Shown: positions 21,213 through 31,105, counted from the stretch's first letter. The stretch: 64,000 nucleotides of DNA from Thermoplasmata archaeon (GCA_003942085.1 DQIQ01000002.1:898-64897), one strand, 5' to 3'. Numbers and translations are program-made. Notes: generated by a model from the letters alone, not told the origin.

Positions 21213-21662
21213 TCAGAGATTCCAGTGTTTGGCGATCGGGCTGGGTCCAAGTTTCCTAATCGATTCGGTCATTTCTTTCATCGTATCAGCGAACTTCTGG
21301 CCTTCGGAGGCGGAGATCCATCGCAGCCACACCCGCTCTTTTTCCAAACCTAAGGTACCCAGGATATTTTCGAGAAGCACCATACGGCGTCGCGCCTTAT
21401 AGTTCCCGTCGATGTAATGACAATCACCAGGATGACAGCCGCCGACAAACACCCCGTCGGCACCCTCAAGTAACGCACGAAGAATGTACATGGAATCAAC
21501 AGACCCTGAGCACATGACCCGGATGATCCGGACGTTCGGAGGGTACTGGATCCTGCTGGTCCCAGCTAGGTCAGCCCCTGCGTAACTGCACCAGTTGCAG
21601 AGAAACCCAACGATCCTTGGTTCGAAGTCTTCCTTCTTATGGTCCTTTTTTTCTTCACTCAT
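21213..21662 (-). CDS. mvhD: MvhD-like (methyl-viologen-reducing hydrogenase delta subunit family) protein
   Basis: 149-aa ORF with [19 protein letters not shown]...MCSGSVD...[17 protein letters not shown], the characteristic MvhD/FlpD pattern. Confidence 0.9.
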   Translation of the reverse strand: MSEEKKDHKKEDFEPRIVGFLCNWCSYAGADLAGTSRIQYPPNVRIIRVMCSGSVDSMYILRALLEGADGVFVGGCHPGDCHYIDGNYKARRRMVLLENILGTLGLEKERVWLRWISASEGQKFADTMKEMTESIRKLGPSPIAKHWNL

Positions 21663-21668
21663 ACCTTC

Positions 21669-24600
21669 TCACTCCAAACACGCATCAATCATAGAGACAA
21701 TCTGACGTTTCGTAAACGTATTCTGCTGCGACGTCCCACTCGGGCAGACCGCTGAGCATGCACCACACCCTTGGCAGAGGATTTCATTGACGATGACGAT
21801 TTTCTTTTCTTCATCAAAACTGATCGCATCATATGGACAGGCCTCAATACAGAGCTGACACCCTGCGCAATTCCGGGAAATCACTCTTGCGATATTCCCA
21901 ATCGTCTCAAGATACTTTTTTGATAGGATGGTGGCAGCACGCGCACCGGTTGCCTTGGCCTGCAGGATTGACTCTTCGATGAACCGTGGGGAATGCGCAA
22001 GACCGCAGAGGAAAATGCCGTCCGCGGAAAAATCAATGGGACGGAGTTTCACATGAGCCTCTGAGTAAAACTCGTCTTCGTTCAATGGGACTTTGAGGAT
22101 CTGGGCAAGAGTCTTGTTCTCCTGTGGGATGATACCAGTACTGAGCACCAATCTATCAGGATGCAAATGCAACGGTCGACCAAGGATTGGATCCATGGTT
22201 TTTACCAAGAGTTTCCCATCCTCGACCGTGACTTTAGGTTCTTCCTTCTCATCGAATCTCACAAAAAGGATCCCTTTCTTCCGAGCCTTCTGGTAAAGAA
22301 AATCTTCGCGGAACCCATACGTTCTGATATCTCGATATAGGACATAGACTGCTGCATCTGGACTTAGTTCTTTTAATCGCAACGCGTTCTTCAACGCCTC
22401 AGAACAGCATACCCTGCTGCAGTACGGATGATCATCGTTTCGTGAACCAACGCATTGGATCATGACGACTTCCTTGAGGTTCTTCACATATGGTTTTTCC
22501 ATGAAAAGATCCTTTTCAAACTCAGTCTGCGTCAGCACATCATCATTTTTCTTGTAATGGAATTCCTTGGGCTCATAAGGCAGCCCACCGGTCGCAACCA
22601 CGATGATGCCGTGCTGAACAACGGTCGGTGTCTTCTCCTTTTTACCTGTAGAAAGGGTCGTGGAGAAGTTCCCGACATAACCAGAGACATGACCTACTGA
22701 TGTGTTAGTGAACACTTGGATCTGGGGATTACTCATAACTTGTTCTCTCGTCTGCGCCAGCAGCTCCTGAGGTTTTTCCCCGGCAGACCCAAGATAGATC
22801 TCTTTTAGATGACCGCCAAGCCCTGGTTCCTTTTCAACCAGGTACACCTGGAAGCCTTGCTCGGCGATGGAAAGTGCAGCAGTCATCCCGGCAATACCAC
22901 CACCGATCACCAGCGCACTAGACAGCACCGGGATCTGCAGATGATGAACCGGATACAGATCAGAGGATTTTGCAACTGCCATTCTTACGGCATCGATTGC
23001 CTTTTCAGTCGCACTCCCTGGAGCACTTTTATGGACCCAGGAGTTCTGATCACGGAGGTTCGCCATCTCAAACAGATGAGGATTCAACCCGGACTGCCGT
23101 AGTGTATCCTGGAACAACGGTTCATGTGTCCGTGGGGTACACGACGCAATAACAACCCGGTTTAACCTTAACTCCTTTATTTTTTCCTTTATTTTCTCTT
23201 GGGAATCCTGCGAACAGGTAAATAACGTATCATCTGAATGGACAACAAAGGGAAGTTTCTTTGCGACCTCGACGACTTTTTTAACATCGACTACACCAGC
23301 GATGTTGATGCCGCAATGACAGACGAACACACCAATGCGAGGGAACTCGGCTTTGATGTCACGCTCCGCAGGATAGGTCTTTTCAACAACCTCAGTTCCA
23401 CGCACGTCCGCAATAGATTTTCCTGCTTCAGCTGCAGCTGCTGATGCCTGGGTGACGCTCTCCGGGATATCTTTTGGTTCGGTGACCGTACCTGAAGCAA
23501 AGATACCTTCGCGTGAGGTAGAAATAGGGGTAAACGTCCCTGTTTCAATAAAACCGTATTCGTTCAAATTGATCTCTAAGGCTTTACTCAGGTGGCCTAA
23601 AGACGCACAGGGCTGCAGCCCGACAGAAAGCACCACCATGTCATACGTTTCGCTTTTGATAAACCCTTTTTCATCGACGTAGCGGATGAGTAGCTCCTTG
23701 GTCTTCCGATCTTGTTCGATCTTGGGGATGCGACATCTCCGGTACACGACCCCGTATTCATGCTCTGCACGGGCGAAATACTTATCAAAATCCTTCCCAA
23801 ACGACCGCATGTCCATATAGTAGATATGAGTCTCTATTCCAGGTTCGTGTTCCTTAGATATAACTGCTTCTTTGGTTGCATACATGCAACAGACCGATGA
23901 GCAATATTTCCGATCGCAGCTTTCATCGCGAGAACCGATGCATTGGAGCCAAGCGATTTTTTTGGGTGGCTTTCCATCGGAGATCCGTTTGATATGTCCC
24001 TTGTAAGGTCCAGAGGCGGAAAGCATCCGTTCGTACTCAATGCTGGTCAGCACGTTCGGATACACCTGGTAACCGTAGCTGTCTGCTTTTGGTGGGGAGT
24101 ACTCGGCAAAACCTGGGGATACGATCACGGCACCGACATCGATAGTCTCAGTTGTTTCCTTCATTTGATGATCGATCGCCTCAGGTCCGCAATACAGGAC
24201 GCACTGCTGACAATCACAACATCCTGCACAGTTCAGGCAACGTTGCGCCTCGCGAACGACCTGATCCTTCGACAATCCCGGGTCAACCTCGATAAACGAT
24301 TTTATCCGCTCTTCAATAGTAAGAAAAGGTGGCTGTTCACGAGCATGGGGGATTCGCAGTGTTTCCTTTGGAATCTCAGCTTTCTTTTGTACTTTTGGTT
24401 CCCGTCCAGCTCGCAGGTCTTCGTGGTTGAAAAATCGATCAATTGATTCTGCTGCGGCATGGCCTGCGCCTATTGCTTCAACTGCGGAGGCAGGACCAGT
24501 CACCGCATCACCACCAGCAAACACACCCTCCTGGGATGTTTGTAAGGTGACTGGATCAGCCTCGATAAACCCTGATTTTGATAATGCGATATTGTTTTCT

Positions 24601-26201
24601 TCCAGCAGTTTGGTATCAAGCTCTTGACCAATGGCAAATATGACATAGTCACAGGGAACATCGTACGCGGAATCAGGGATGGCAACCGGTCGCCTTCGCC
24701 CTGAAGAATCAGGTTCCCCCAGATCCATTTTCACGCACGAAAGACAGGTTTCATTTTCCTTCTTCACAAGCTTTGTGGGAGCGGTCAGATATTTAAACAA
24801 AATGCCTTCTTCCACCGCCTGCTGTATTTCATCCTTATGCGCGGGCATCTCCTTTACAGACCGGCGATAGAGCACGGTTACATCACCACCTAGTCGTTTT
24901 GCGGTCCGTGCTGAATCCATGGCGACATTCCCACCGCCGACCACCAAGATGGTTTTTCCCTTGAAATACTCAGGAGCAATCATGTTCCTGTTCAGCTGTT
25001 TAAGATATTCCACGCCCTCAAGGATGCAGGTATCGGTCCCTGCGCAGCATTCTATCCCTGAGCCACGGGATTTATGTGCACCTATCGCAAGGAGAACTGC
25101 TTTGAATCCTTGTTTTTTCAACTCAGTGACCGAAAAATCCCGTCCGAGCTTCTGATTGTTTTTTATCTCGATTTGTTCGGCTTCGCAGAGAGGATCGATC
25201 TCTTTATGCAGGTATTCCTTTGGTAGCCGATAATCAGGTACCCCGTAATGCAGCATCCCGCCACTGTATTTCTCTGATTCAAAAATAACGGTCTTATACC
25301 CTTTTCTGGCAAGGTCATAAGCTGCGGTCAACCCCGTTGGTCCAGCACCGATGATCGCGACTTTCTGGTCGTTGCCTCTTTTTGTCACATGACTTTGTTT
25401 TCCTTGTTTTTTTTCTGCTTTTATTCTCTGATACTCGGCAAGCGTCTCGGGATGTTCATAAATATAATCAGCGACAAAGCGTCTGATATGGCAGATGGAA
25501 ATCGGCTCTTCGATGTCCTTTCGGTTACAGTCATTTTCACAGGGATGATAACAAATCCTCCCCAGTGACCCTGGGATCGGGATTGTTTCTTTGATGAGTT
25601 CATAGGCCTCGGCGAATTTCTCTTGCGCGGCGAGTGCGACAAACCCATGAGCGTTCAATCCAGCAGGACAAGCGATCCGGCAGGGGGAGGTTCCTTCGTT
25701 TTTCGTAATTGCAAAGATGTTGGGGATCGCCTGCGGAAACGGTTGATAAATCGCTTTATGCGTAGTCAGCCCTTCATCAAACTCAGATCGCATCGTAACA
25801 GGACAGTGCAGGACGCAATCGCCGCACCCGTTACATTTCTTTAGATCGACAAACCGCGGATATTTTTTCAACGTGACATGGAAAGCTCCTACTTCACCAG
25901 CGACATCGGTGACCTCTGCGTTTGTGATAATGGAAATATTCGGATGCCGTCCGGTGTACACCAGTTTTGGTGCAAGGATGCACATCGCACAGTCGTTTGT
26001 GGGAAATGTTTTATCCAGCTGTGTCATCGTGCCACCGATAGATAGCCCGCGGTCGACGATATATACCCTAAATCCAGCATCCGCTAAATCAAGGGAAGAT
26101 TGGATACCAGAGATTCCTCCACCGATGACCAGGACTGATCCATGTTTATGAGCAGATGCGGCCTGATGTTTTTTTTCTTTGGTCATACTCGTAAAACTCA
26201 C
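21669..26201 (-). CDS. giant HdrA-like protein with an inserted GltD/NfnB-like NAD(P)H-FAD module and a second HdrA module (HdrL-like)
   Basis: 1510-aa ORF. HdrA module 1 is VIGGGISG...DKTFPTNDCAMC...CNGCGDCVLHCP...PFPQAIP. A GltD-like insert follows: CRIACPAG...CYHPCENDC, KVAIIGAGPTGLTAAYDLARKG, GGMLHYGVPDYRLPK, ILVVGGGNVAMDSART, GVFAGGD. HdrA module 1 then resumes with YCSSVCCMYATKEA. Next come PRIGVFVCHCGINIAG, VIGGGIAG and YCSRVCCSEALKNA. The C-terminus has CAGCQLCIEACP and CQGCGACSAVCP. The GTG start overlaps the hdrA stop; an alternative ATG lies at 26186. Confidence 0.85.
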   Translation of the reverse strand: MSFTSMTKEKKHQAASAHKHGSVLVIGGGISGIQSSLDLADAGFRVYIVDRGLSIGGTMTQLDKTFPTNDCAMCILAPKLVYTGRHPNISIITNAEVTDVAGEVGAFHVTLKKYPRFVDLKKCNGCGDCVLHCPVTMRSEFDEGLTTHKAIYQPFPQAIPNIFAITKNEGTSPCRIACPAGLNAHGFVALAAQEKFAEAYELIKETIPIPGSLGRICYHPCENDCNRKDIEEPISICHIRRFVADYIYEHPETLAEYQRIKAEKKQGKQSHVTKRGNDQKVAIIGAGPTGLTAAYDLARKGYKTVIFESEKYSGGMLHYGVPDYRLPKEYLHKEIDPLCEAEQIEIKNNQKLGRDFSVTELKKQGFKAVLLAIGAHKSRGSGIECCAGTDTCILEGVEYLKQLNRNMIAPEYFKGKTILVVGGGNVAMDSARTAKRLGGDVTVLYRRSVKEMPAHKDEIQQAVEEGILFKYLTAPTKLVKKENETCLSCVKMDLGEPDSSGRRRPVAIPDSAYDVPCDYVIFAIGQELDTKLLEENNIALSKSGFIEADPVTLQTSQEGVFAGGDAVTGPASAVEAIGAGHAAAESIDRFFNHEDLRAGREPKVQKKAEIPKETLRIPHAREQPPFLTIEERIKSFIEVDPGLSKDQVVREAQRCLNCAGCCDCQQCVLYCGPEAIDHQMKETTETIDVGAVIVSPGFAEYSPPKADSYGYQVYPNVLTSIEYERMLSASGPYKGHIKRISDGKPPKKIAWLQCIGSRDESCDRKYCSSVCCMYATKEAVISKEHEPGIETHIYYMDMRSFGKDFDKYFARAEHEYGVVYRRCRIPKIEQDRKTKELLIRYVDEKGFIKSETYDMVVLSVGLQPCASLGHLSKALEINLNEYGFIETGTFTPISTSREGIFASGTVTEPKDIPESVTQASAAAAEAGKSIADVRGTEVVEKTYPAERDIKAEFPRIGVFVCHCGINIAGVVDVKKVVEVAKKLPFVVHSDDTLFTCSQDSQEKIKEKIKELRLNRVVIASCTPRTHEPLFQDTLRQSGLNPHLFEMANLRDQNSWVHKSAPGSATEKAIDAVRMAVAKSSDLYPVHHLQIPVLSSALVIGGGIAGMTAALSIAEQGFQVYLVEKEPGLGGHLKEIYLGSAGEKPQELLAQTREQVMSNPQIQVFTNTSVGHVSGYVGNFSTTLSTGKKEKTPTVVQHGIIVVATGGLPYEPKEFHYKKNDDVLTQTEFEKDLFMEKPYVKNLKEVVMIQCVGSRNDDHPYCSRVCCSEALKNALRLKELSPDAAVYVLYRDIRTYGFREDFLYQKARKKGILFVRFDEKEEPKVTVEDGKLLVKTMDPILGRPLHLHPDRLVLSTGIIPQENKTLAQILKVPLNEDEFYSEAHVKLRPIDFSADGIFLCGLAHSPRFIEESILQAKATGARAATILSKKYLETIGNIARVISRNCAGCQLCIEACPYDAISFDEEKKIVIVNEILCQGCGACSAVCPSGTSQQNTFTKRQIVSMIDACLE

Positions 26202-28156
26202 ATGATGTCGTCAACCATGTTCAGGAGCTGTTTCTTTGTGAAATTCTTATGAATCGAGGCGTTGCTCGGACAGGCGGCGATACAGCCGCCACAGCCAGCG
26301 CATAAGGCGTCGTTCACCTCAGCGATTCGTTTTCTTTCATTCAAGGTCCGTGCCTCATACGGGCAGACTTCAACGCAGATCCCGCACCCCGTGCAGACGT
26401 CCTCATCGACCATCGCAATCAATGGGTCTATCTCCAGTTCTTCCTGGGATAGGATCGTCGCGGCACGTGACGCTGCCGCACTTGCTTGTGCGACGGTATC
26501 TTGGATATCTTTTGGTGCTTGGCAGCATCCAGCGATGAAAATCCCATTGACAAACGTATCAACAGGGCGAAGCTTCGGATGTGCCTCAAGGAAGAACCCG
26601 TCACCGCTCAACGTCAAATGCAAGAGCCGTGCAAATTCTATTGCATCAACTCGTGGCATCATCGCAGGAACCAGGACAACCAGGTCGGTCTGTATTTCAA
26701 ACAACTTGTTGGTCATCGTATCAAAAATATCGATCTTGAGGTTCTCTTTCATGGTCCGTACCTCAGACGGTTGCCCTCGGAACATGTTGGTATGCAACCC
26801 TCGAACCTTCCGGTAGAACTCCTCGTAGCCTTTCCCAAAGGACCGAACGTCATTGTAGCAGACGTTGATCTCGACATCGTCCCCGAGCTTCTCGCGAAGC
26901 AAGTAGACTTGTTTTAATGCAGTCATGCACCCGATCCTGCAGCACCAGGTACACTGGGTCTCATCACGAGAGCCGACACAGAGGATGAATGTAACGCTCT
27001 TTGGTTTCTGCTGGTTTGACGGCCGCAGGATTTCCCCTTTGGTTGGTCCTGAGGAGCTGATCAATCGCTCCAGCTCTAAGGTAGTGATTACATCAGGTGA
27101 TTGGTCGTAGCCGTACTCATACACCGCGGTGGGGTCCATGATGTCATACCCGGTGGCAACGATTATGGCTCCGACTTTTCGCTCCACGATTTCTTCTTTT
27201 TGATCAAAATTGACTGCCCCAGCTGCACAAGCTTTCTTACAGAGAGGTTCATCCCCGCATTTTCCTTTTGTCAAAAACAGGCATTTCTTGTCGTCGATTA
27301 CGTATTTCAAGGGTACCGCTTGAGGGAACGGCATGTAGGCTGCCCCGCGCTTTCCCATGCCTTGATTAAACTCACTGATCAGTCGGTCTTTGAGTCGACA
27401 GGCGCTGGCGCAATCACCACAACCGGTACATTTGTCAACATCAACGTATCGTGGTTTTTTTCTTATCTTGACGGTGTAGTTCCCGATACTTCCTTCAAGA
27501 CTGGCGACTTCTGAGTAACTGAGCAGTTCGATGTTCTTATGGTTCGCCACTTCCATCATCTTTGGAGTGAGGATACAGGAGGAACAATCAAGGGTCGGGA
27601 AGGTTTTATCCAGTTGCGCCATGTGTCCGCCGATACTGGGTTCTCGCTCCACTAGATGGACTTTGAACCCATCGTTAGCAAGATCAAGAGCGGTTTGAAT
27701 GCCCGCGATCCCACCTCCGATCACTAAGGCTTCCGGGATGACTTTCAAGGTCGATGTTTTCAATGGCTCAAGACTGAGAGCTTTGGATACTGCACTACGA
27801 ACAAGATACTTTGCTTTCTCCGTCGCTTGCTCTTTGTTGCTATGTGCCCACGAACATTGTTCACGAATGTTCGAGATCTCAACTCGGTAGGGATTCACAC
27901 CGCCGTCATTGGCGACCCGTCGGAATGTCTGTTCATGCATCCGCGGTGAACATGAGGCTATCACGACACCATCGAGTTTGAATTCCTTGATCGTGTCTTT
28001 GATGAGGGTTGCGCCCACGTCTGAGCACATATACTTGTAGTGTTTTGCGACTACTACGCCGTTCAGATGAGATGCGTACTCGGAAAGTGCTTCGATGTCG
28101 ACGGTTTGTGCGATGTTGATGCCGCAATGACAGACGAACACACCGATGCGACGCAT
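26198..28156 (-). CDS. hdrA: heterodisulfide reductase subunit A (canonical length)
   Basis: 652-aa ORF with MRRIGVFVCHCGINIAQ, VIGGGIAG...DKTFPTLDCSSC, CTGCGDCASAC, and C-terminal CTGCGICVEVCP and CAGCGGCIAACP. Confidence 0.92.
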   Translation of the reverse strand: MRRIGVFVCHCGINIAQTVDIEALSEYASHLNGVVVAKHYKYMCSDVGATLIKDTIKEFKLDGVVIASCSPRMHEQTFRRVANDGGVNPYRVEISNIREQCSWAHSNKEQATEKAKYLVRSAVSKALSLEPLKTSTLKVIPEALVIGGGIAGIQTALDLANDGFKVHLVEREPSIGGHMAQLDKTFPTLDCSSCILTPKMMEVANHKNIELLSYSEVASLEGSIGNYTVKIRKKPRYVDVDKCTGCGDCASACRLKDRLISEFNQGMGKRGAAYMPFPQAVPLKYVIDDKKCLFLTKGKCGDEPLCKKACAAGAVNFDQKEEIVERKVGAIIVATGYDIMDPTAVYEYGYDQSPDVITTLELERLISSSGPTKGEILRPSNQQKPKSVTFILCVGSRDETQCTWCCRIGCMTALKQVYLLREKLGDDVEINVCYNDVRSFGKGYEEFYRKVRGLHTNMFRGQPSEVRTMKENLKIDIFDTMTNKLFEIQTDLVVLVPAMMPRVDAIEFARLLHLTLSGDGFFLEAHPKLRPVDTFVNGIFIAGCCQAPKDIQDTVAQASAAASRAATILSQEELEIDPLIAMVDEDVCTGCGICVEVCPYEARTLNERKRIAEVNDALCAGCGGCIAACPSNASIHKNFTKKQLLNMVDDIM

Positions 28157-29035
28157 CTATTTCGCGCCTCCCTCTTGGAGTTTTTGAACGGGACTGAGGT
28201 TCAACTCAAGTCCTAGCTTCTCACTACTGATCCCCATCGCTAAACCGAGCAACTGGGTCAGATACAGGACCGGGACATCGAGCTTTGCAGCAACGGTCTC
28301 CCCTGCTTTAGTTTGTCTACTGTCAAACATCTTATGACACCATGGACAGACATCAACCATCGCTTGGATTCCTTGCTCTTGGATCGCTTGGAGCTTCTGC
28401 CCAGTCTTTGTCAACGCAGACTCCGGAAGATTCGTAAGCAAGGGTGCGCCACAGCAATCAAGCTTCTGAGGATAGTTTACAGGTTCGGCACCCAAAACCT
28501 TCAGGATCGCTTCGATCTTCTGCGGGTTCTCAGAGTCATCGATACGACCGATTTCACTGGGACGAAGAATATGACATCCGTAATGTGCTGCGATCTTTAA
28601 TCCGTGTAATGGTTTTTTCACCTGTTCCTTTATCTTTTCGATCCCTATTTCATCATATAATAGGTCGACGGTATGAGCGATGTGCCGTTTCTCAGTGTAT
28701 TTCAGATCCTCAGCAGCAAGCATCCCGTTGATGCGTTCCATCATCGCTGGGTTTTTTTCAAGGATATATTGGCATTCGGTTAACGCAAGATGGCACATCG
28801 CGCAGGGGACGAAGAGGTCAAGATGATGCTTCTCGGCGATAGCCAGGTTTCGCGCAGAAAGATACAACGTAAGAAGTTGGTTGACACTTTTCATGGGCTC
28901 TCCGCAACAGGAAAAACCCTCCACATCGACAAGTTCGACCCCTAGCAAAGGTAGTGTTTCTCTGATCGAAAGCTCATAGGCATACTGCTCCGTGGGCATC
29001 AGACAACCGGGAAATAGCGCATATTTCTTTTTCAT
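28157..29035 (-). CDS. hdrB: heterodisulfide reductase subunit B (two CCG domains)
   Basis: 292-aa ORF starting YALFPGCLMP, with CCG motifs FSCCGEP and LDCCGAPLL. It abuts the hdrA start. Confidence 0.92.
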   Translation of the reverse strand: MKKKYALFPGCLMPTEQYAYELSIRETLPLLGVELVDVEGFSCCGEPMKSVNQLLTLYLSARNLAIAEKHHLDLFVPCAMCHLALTECQYILEKNPAMMERINGMLAAEDLKYTEKRHIAHTVDLLYDEIGIEKIKEQVKKPLHGLKIAAHYGCHILRPSEIGRIDDSENPQKIEAILKVLGAEPVNYPQKLDCCGAPLLTNLPESALTKTGQKLQAIQEQGIQAMVDVCPWCHKMFDSRQTKAGETVAAKLDVPVLYLTQLLGLAMGISSEKLGLELNLSPVQKLQEGGAK

Positions 29036-29040
29036 TATGT

Positions 29041-29568
29041 CTAGACCTTTTCCATCGCGATTTTCATGATTCCTGCCTGGAACTTGGCAACATCAGTAGG
29101 TTTTGAAAGAGGAGGAAGGGAAAGTTCGTCTCGTTTCACCGGTTTATTTGATCGGGTCGTGGTCTGTTGGATGTCCTGTATGAGACCTATCGAAAGGATA
29201 GATTGGAGCATTCCAGTATATTTTCCCGGGATTTGTTTTCCGCTTGCTACCGCCATATTTTTCAGCGCAAACAAGATTTCGACTGGTGCGACGCGTTGCG
29301 GGCAGCGCTCCCTGCATTTCAGGCAGGTCATGCACGTCCAGATGACATCGGCGTTCACCAGTTCGTTGATGAGCCCTCTTTTAAGAAGCGCGACGATCTT
29401 ATGCGGCTCAAGCTCAAGGAGTTTGTGTGCTTCACAGCCTGAGGTACATTTGCCGCATTGAAAACAATACTCTGAGATTTCGTCCTGGAGCTTTGTGAGT
29501 CGATCATTGAGTTCCTTTCTCAGATCTGATTGCGGTTCCCCCATAGAAGTCAAGTCGATGATGCTCAT
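29041..29568 (-). CDS. hdrC: heterodisulfide reductase subunit C
   Basis: 175-aa ORF with CFQCGKCTSGCE and WTCMTCLKCRERCPQ. It lies 5 nt upstream of hdrB. Confidence 0.9.
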   Translation of the reverse strand: MSIIDLTSMGEPQSDLRKELNDRLTKLQDEISEYCFQCGKCTSGCEAHKLLELEPHKIVALLKRGLINELVNADVIWTCMTCLKCRERCPQRVAPVEILFALKNMAVASGKQIPGKYTGMLQSILSIGLIQDIQQTTTRSNKPVKRDELSLPPLSKPTDVAKFQAGIMKIAMEKV

Positions 29569-29755
29569 TTCCGTCTCACTCTATATATTAAATTAACAAT
29601 CGTTAACTATATATACTTTTCCGACTTCCTTGCAAAAACGTTTATCTAAAAGAGATATTTAAAGCTATCAATAAAATTAACCCTTTCTTTTCACCATTCC
29701 AAATGCTGTCAATTAATATAGCAAAATACAATATCCCTGGGCATGGGGGCCTATA

Positions 29756-31105
29756 ATGAAACAGATCAACGAAAAACAACTTCTTGAAAAAGCCAACAAA
29801 CCATCAAAAGACGCTATGAGGCTACATCCATTCTATCATGGAAAAATCGAAATCATCCCAAAATGCCGGGTGAACGACTTCAATGATTTCGCGATCTGGT
29901 ACACCCCTGGCGTCGCAGAACCATGCAAAGACATCCAGAAACACCCACTCAAAGTGTACGATTACACCAACAAATGGAACACTGTCGCTGTGGTAAGCGA
30001 CGGCACTCGGGTGCTCGGCCTTGGGGACATCGGCCCCGAAGCAGGGCTCCCGGTCATGGAAGGAAAATCACTCCTCTTCAAATACCTCGGAGGTGTCGAT
30101 GCCTATCCGATTTGTCTTGATACAAAAAACCCTGACGAAATCATCCAAGCGGTCAAATGGCTCAAACCAAGCTTTGGCGGCATCAATCTTGAGGACATCG
30201 CAAAACCAAAATGCTTCTACATCCTCAACCGACTCCGAAAAGAAATGGACATCCCGGTCTGGCATGACGACCAACAAGGGACCGCAACCATTGTCACCGC
30301 AGGGGCAATCAACGCGTTAAAAATCGTTGGAAAACCGCTAAAGACCACACTTGTCTCAATGATCGGTGCAGGTGCGGCAAACATAGCAATAGCCCGGGTT
30401 CTCATCGCCGCTGGGGTTCAGCAAAAAAACATCATCATGGCAGACAGTAAAGGCATTCTCCATACCTCACGAAAAGACCTGGAGAAAGACAAAAACACAA
30501 ACCCGGAAAAATGGCAGATGTGCCAAAAATCAAACGCAGAAGGCCGGACAGGGACCATCGCAGACGCCATGAAAAATACCGATATCTGCATCGCAGCAAG
30601 TAAACCAGGTCCAGGGACCATCAAAAAAGAATGGGTCGCCTCTATGGCAGATGACTCCATCATGTTTGCCTCAGCAAACCCCGTTCCTGAGATCTGGCCC
30701 TGGGAAGCAGAAGAGGCAGGAGCTCGCATCATTGCGACAGGGCGCTCAGATTTTCCTAACCAAATCAACAACTCCTTAGGATTCCCAGGGATCTTCCGGG
30801 GAACACTCGATGTCCGCGCAGAAACCATCACCGATGAAATGTGCATCGCCGCAGCATTGGAGCTGGCAAAAACAGCGGAGGACAAGGGGTTGAGCGATAC
30901 CTACATCGTTCCAACCATGGACTCCTGGGAAGTGTTCCCTCGAGAAGCAGTCGCGGTAGGAATGAAAGCAATCTCCCAAGGGATCGCTCGTCTCAAACCA
31001 TCACGCCAGGAGCTCTATGACCATGCCATGACCATCATAAAGAAATCCAGGGATATCACACAAACGTTGATGAAACAAGGATACATCGCACAAGCCCCAG
31101 AATGA
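29756..31105 (+). CDS. NAD(P)-dependent malic enzyme (short form)
   Basis: 449-aa ORF with [51 protein letters not shown] and GAGAANIA. Confidence 0.9.
   Translation: MKQINEKQLLEKANKPSKDAMRLHPFYHGKIEIIPKCRVNDFNDFAIWYTPGVAEPCKDIQKHPLKVYDYTNKWNTVAVVSDGTRVLGLGDIGPEAGLPVMEGKSLLFKYLGGVDAYPICLDTKNPDEIIQAVKWLKPSFGGINLEDIAKPKCFYILNRLRKEMDIPVWHDDQQGTATIVTAGAINALKIVGKPLKTTLVSMIGAGAANIAIARVLIAAGVQQKNIIMADSKGILHTSRKDLEKDKNTNPEKWQMCQKSNAEGRTGTIADAMKNTDICIAASKPGPGTIKKEWVASMADDSIMFASANPVPEIWPWEAEEAGARIIATGRSDFPNQINNSLGFPGIFRGTLDVRAETITDEMCIAAALELAKTAEDKGLSDTYIVPTMDSWEVFPREAVAVGMKAISQGIARLKPSRQELYDHAMTIIKKSRDITQTLMKQGYIAQAPE

Noticed and set aside
21197-21250. Upstream 18-codon extension of the FrhB-like ORF (track start 21250)
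   Set aside because: It would overlap the 3' end of mvhD by 38 nt. The internal ATG at 21196 has a strong GGAGGAGG site and leaves a clean 16-nt gap.
23943-24446. 167-aa plus-strand ORF, plus similar ones at 26262..26816 and 26486..26917
   Set aside because: They are antisense shadows inside the hdrA-type genes, which have unambiguous motifs on the minus strand. The shadow ORFs have no motifs.
16320-28156. Possible selenocysteine (in-frame TGA) recoding in the HdrA-type genes
   Set aside because: All three HdrA-type ORFs are uninterrupted from start to stop. The Cys positions that are Sec in some methanogens are encoded as Cys here, so no recoding is needed.
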